From assembly GCA_025594325.1 (NCBI GenBank), contig JANHCV010000003.1:2170001-2234000 (forward strand): a stretch of DNA of 64,000 nt. The letters run 5' to 3'. Each line of letters starts with the position of its first letter. Within the stretch, counting starts at the first letter, position 1. Shown here in pieces: positions 61,911-64,000 of the stretch. This DNA is from Blastocladiella emersonii ATCC 22665 (taxonomy: Eukaryota; Fungi; Blastocladiomycota). Both the position numbers and the translations under genes were made by a program. The notes under the pieces are model-generated. The model searched no databases. It was not told the origin of the DNA and was given only the letters and a program-made list of their open reading frames with translations.

Positions 61911-64000
61911 GCGGCGTCAAGACGTTCGCGTTGTAAGACGATCGAAATGAATGCGTGAATCTCGCGCGGTGATCTCATGTCACGTCAGGCTGACGAAAGC
62001 GGCGCGTCGCGAGCGAGATCTAACGCGCGCCCGCCGGATTTTCACCCACCTTCCCGCGCGCGCGTGCGGCACCAAACTTGTTGTCGATCGGGGCGCAGTG
62101 CTGGCGTTTATTTACGCCGCCCGCGCGTGCGCGCACCGATGCGGGGATCGCAATTAGATCAATTTGCGCCCACGCGTTGTTCAAGCTCGCCCGGAGACTC
62201 GGGTGGAGCGCGGGCCCCGATTCCACCGAGGGTGGCGGCTTGGTGGCGACTCTGCTCACCAACGTCGTTGCGGTCGTCGCCAGCACCCTAACCCTAGCGG
62301 CCTCGCCAGGGAATGCGCTAACCTGTGGTCGCCGTTGCGTGTCCGAGGAGCGCGACACTCGAGTTGTGATCCCGCCGTGATGCGACCGTGATCCCGGCCT
62401 CGCGGGCGTCGCCCTCGATGGCCGCAATGAGCGAGTGGGTCAAGACGTCATGGTTGTGCTGCTTCTGCAAGAGGTTCCCCGAACGGCGCGTTTGCATGGG
62501 GCAAGCAATCAAGAGCGGATATTAGGCGGCCCATGGGTCCTTGCGTCTGGATGCAGGAACGGAGTGCGCGGCCCGCCGACATCCGCGCGGGCCCACCCGT
62601 TGAGGGCCGAACAACCGACAGGTGTGCGGCGTCGCCCGTGTGTGGCGGTTGATTTTTCGGTGGTGGTCCGTGCTGCAGCTCGCCCTCCTCGCCCATGCTC
62701 GAACAACCATGGCCATCACCGCGGCGTAAGCTTGGTCAAACCCTGCTGCTGCTGCGGCTCCACCAGCTTCCGAGGATCCGCACTGAGCCGCGCCGCCGAC
62801 GCCGAGATCCAAGTGCACGCGTCCGGCCCGCATCGCGTCCTCTCTCTCTCCTCCCAACTCCTGCTGTTCGCGATCTCGCTCGCTCGCTCGCACCCGATCC
62901 TCGCAAGCAACTTAAGCCCGAACGATAGTCGGGTACGTGGCGGGACGTGCGACGCGTGTGGCGTGGTCGCTTGCGCTGAGCGCGGGCTTGACCTGAGCTG
63001 CCCCAGCGTTGACGTGGATGGACCCAGGACGCCCGCGCCACACAGCCACATCATGCGCAAGCACTCCGTCCTCAACTCATGTCGGCGCGCGTGCGAGCAA
63101 TTCGTGTAGCATAGCAGAACGACAGACGTCAGCGGACCGGACCCGAACCGTGGCCATCGTATCTAGGTACGGCTCCCCCCCGCGCGTCATCCTCGCCTTC
63201 TCCTCCATCGCCTCGGGCCCATCGCTACCTCGCTCTGCTGGCCAGAGTCCTCGCCCCTACACAACTGTACGCCCACGACCTCTCGTCGTCATCGCGCCCC
63301 TCTACGACCAGTGCTTGCAAGCGCTTGTGCTCCCTCCTTCGTCCAACTCGCGCGCGACGGCGGCGGCGGCGGCCAATGGCGAAGGAGTTGGCGGCTGGTG
63401 CAGCGCAGTGGGGCGGGCGGGTAAAAAAGGGACACGGCGTGCGCTTAGCGCGAGCACTCGTCCGCGACCGCGTTTCAACGGCTGCCGCAGCAACAACATT
63501 CGTTTCGGCGTGGGCGAGGGACTCAAAAACCCTCGCCGTCGTGGCCGCCGTCGCTTCCTCTCTCTCCTCTCCCTCCTGCTCTCGTCTCGATCACCACCAC
63601 CATCATGCATGTATCCCGCTCGCCTCGATCCTCTCGCGCAAGCTCGCGCCAAGCGCTGGCGTCGGCGGCCGTTGGCGGGGGTTCTGCGAGGGCGGCGGCG
63701 GAGCGCGTGCGCGTGAAAATGGGATCGGCCCCGTCGCTGCTGCGCCGCTCGCTGCGTCTCTAGGCGTAGCAAACGGTCGCAAACCCACGCCCACTCGAGG
63801 CCGCCATGGTTTCAGCGTGTCCCCATCACCGCCGTCGTCGTCGTCGCGATACCCATCTCGCCGCCGCCGCCGCCTCCCCCTGGCGGCCGTGCAGGGCACA
63901 CCAGATGCAGGCTGCACCAGCCTCGGTTGGTCGCCGCCTGCTTCTCCTCCCTCTTCGTCCTCTCGGCCTCGTCACATCGCACCCTCTCGCTTCTCCCTCT

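Noticed and set aside
61950-64000. Several ORFs of 100-235 aa at the right end of the window
   Set aside because: No recognisable motifs, consistent codon bias or spliceable model; left unannotated.

Overview
This is gene-dense, GC-rich eukaryotic DNA with short (~55-80 nt) spliceosomal introns. Flagellar genes (katanin p60, CCDC96) together with chitin synthases point to a zoosporic fungus, probably Blastocladiomycota-like (inference). Most six-frame ORFs are GC-driven shadows of about 20 real genes. Recognisable genes are an M32 carboxypeptidase, Sec63, a TenA-family protein, Rrn7, a Slo/BK-like channel, katanin p60, CCDC96, PRP4 kinase, an ER DnaJ, ALG7, a G-alpha, GAR transformylase, a RAD51 paralogue, WDR70 and chitin synthase. 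The strongest signal is at 32-40.5 kb. There a decaying three-copy DUF4470 gene cluster is joined to a Fanzor-type (eukaryotic TnpB-like) RuvC nuclease ORF with an intact D/E/D triad and zinc finger. Directly downstream are a CT-rich tract and four stacked hairpins (two with UACG loops, many G-U pairs), the expected position and form of an omegaRNA. Other unusual items are an MLKL-like helical-domain plus pseudokinase gene, a G-alpha lacking the catalytic Gln, a stand-alone clathrin-propeller-like protein, a channel with a non-canonical selectivity filter, a Rho relic, and a partial chitin synthase duplicate. All family assignments come from motif recognition by eye; no database searches were run.
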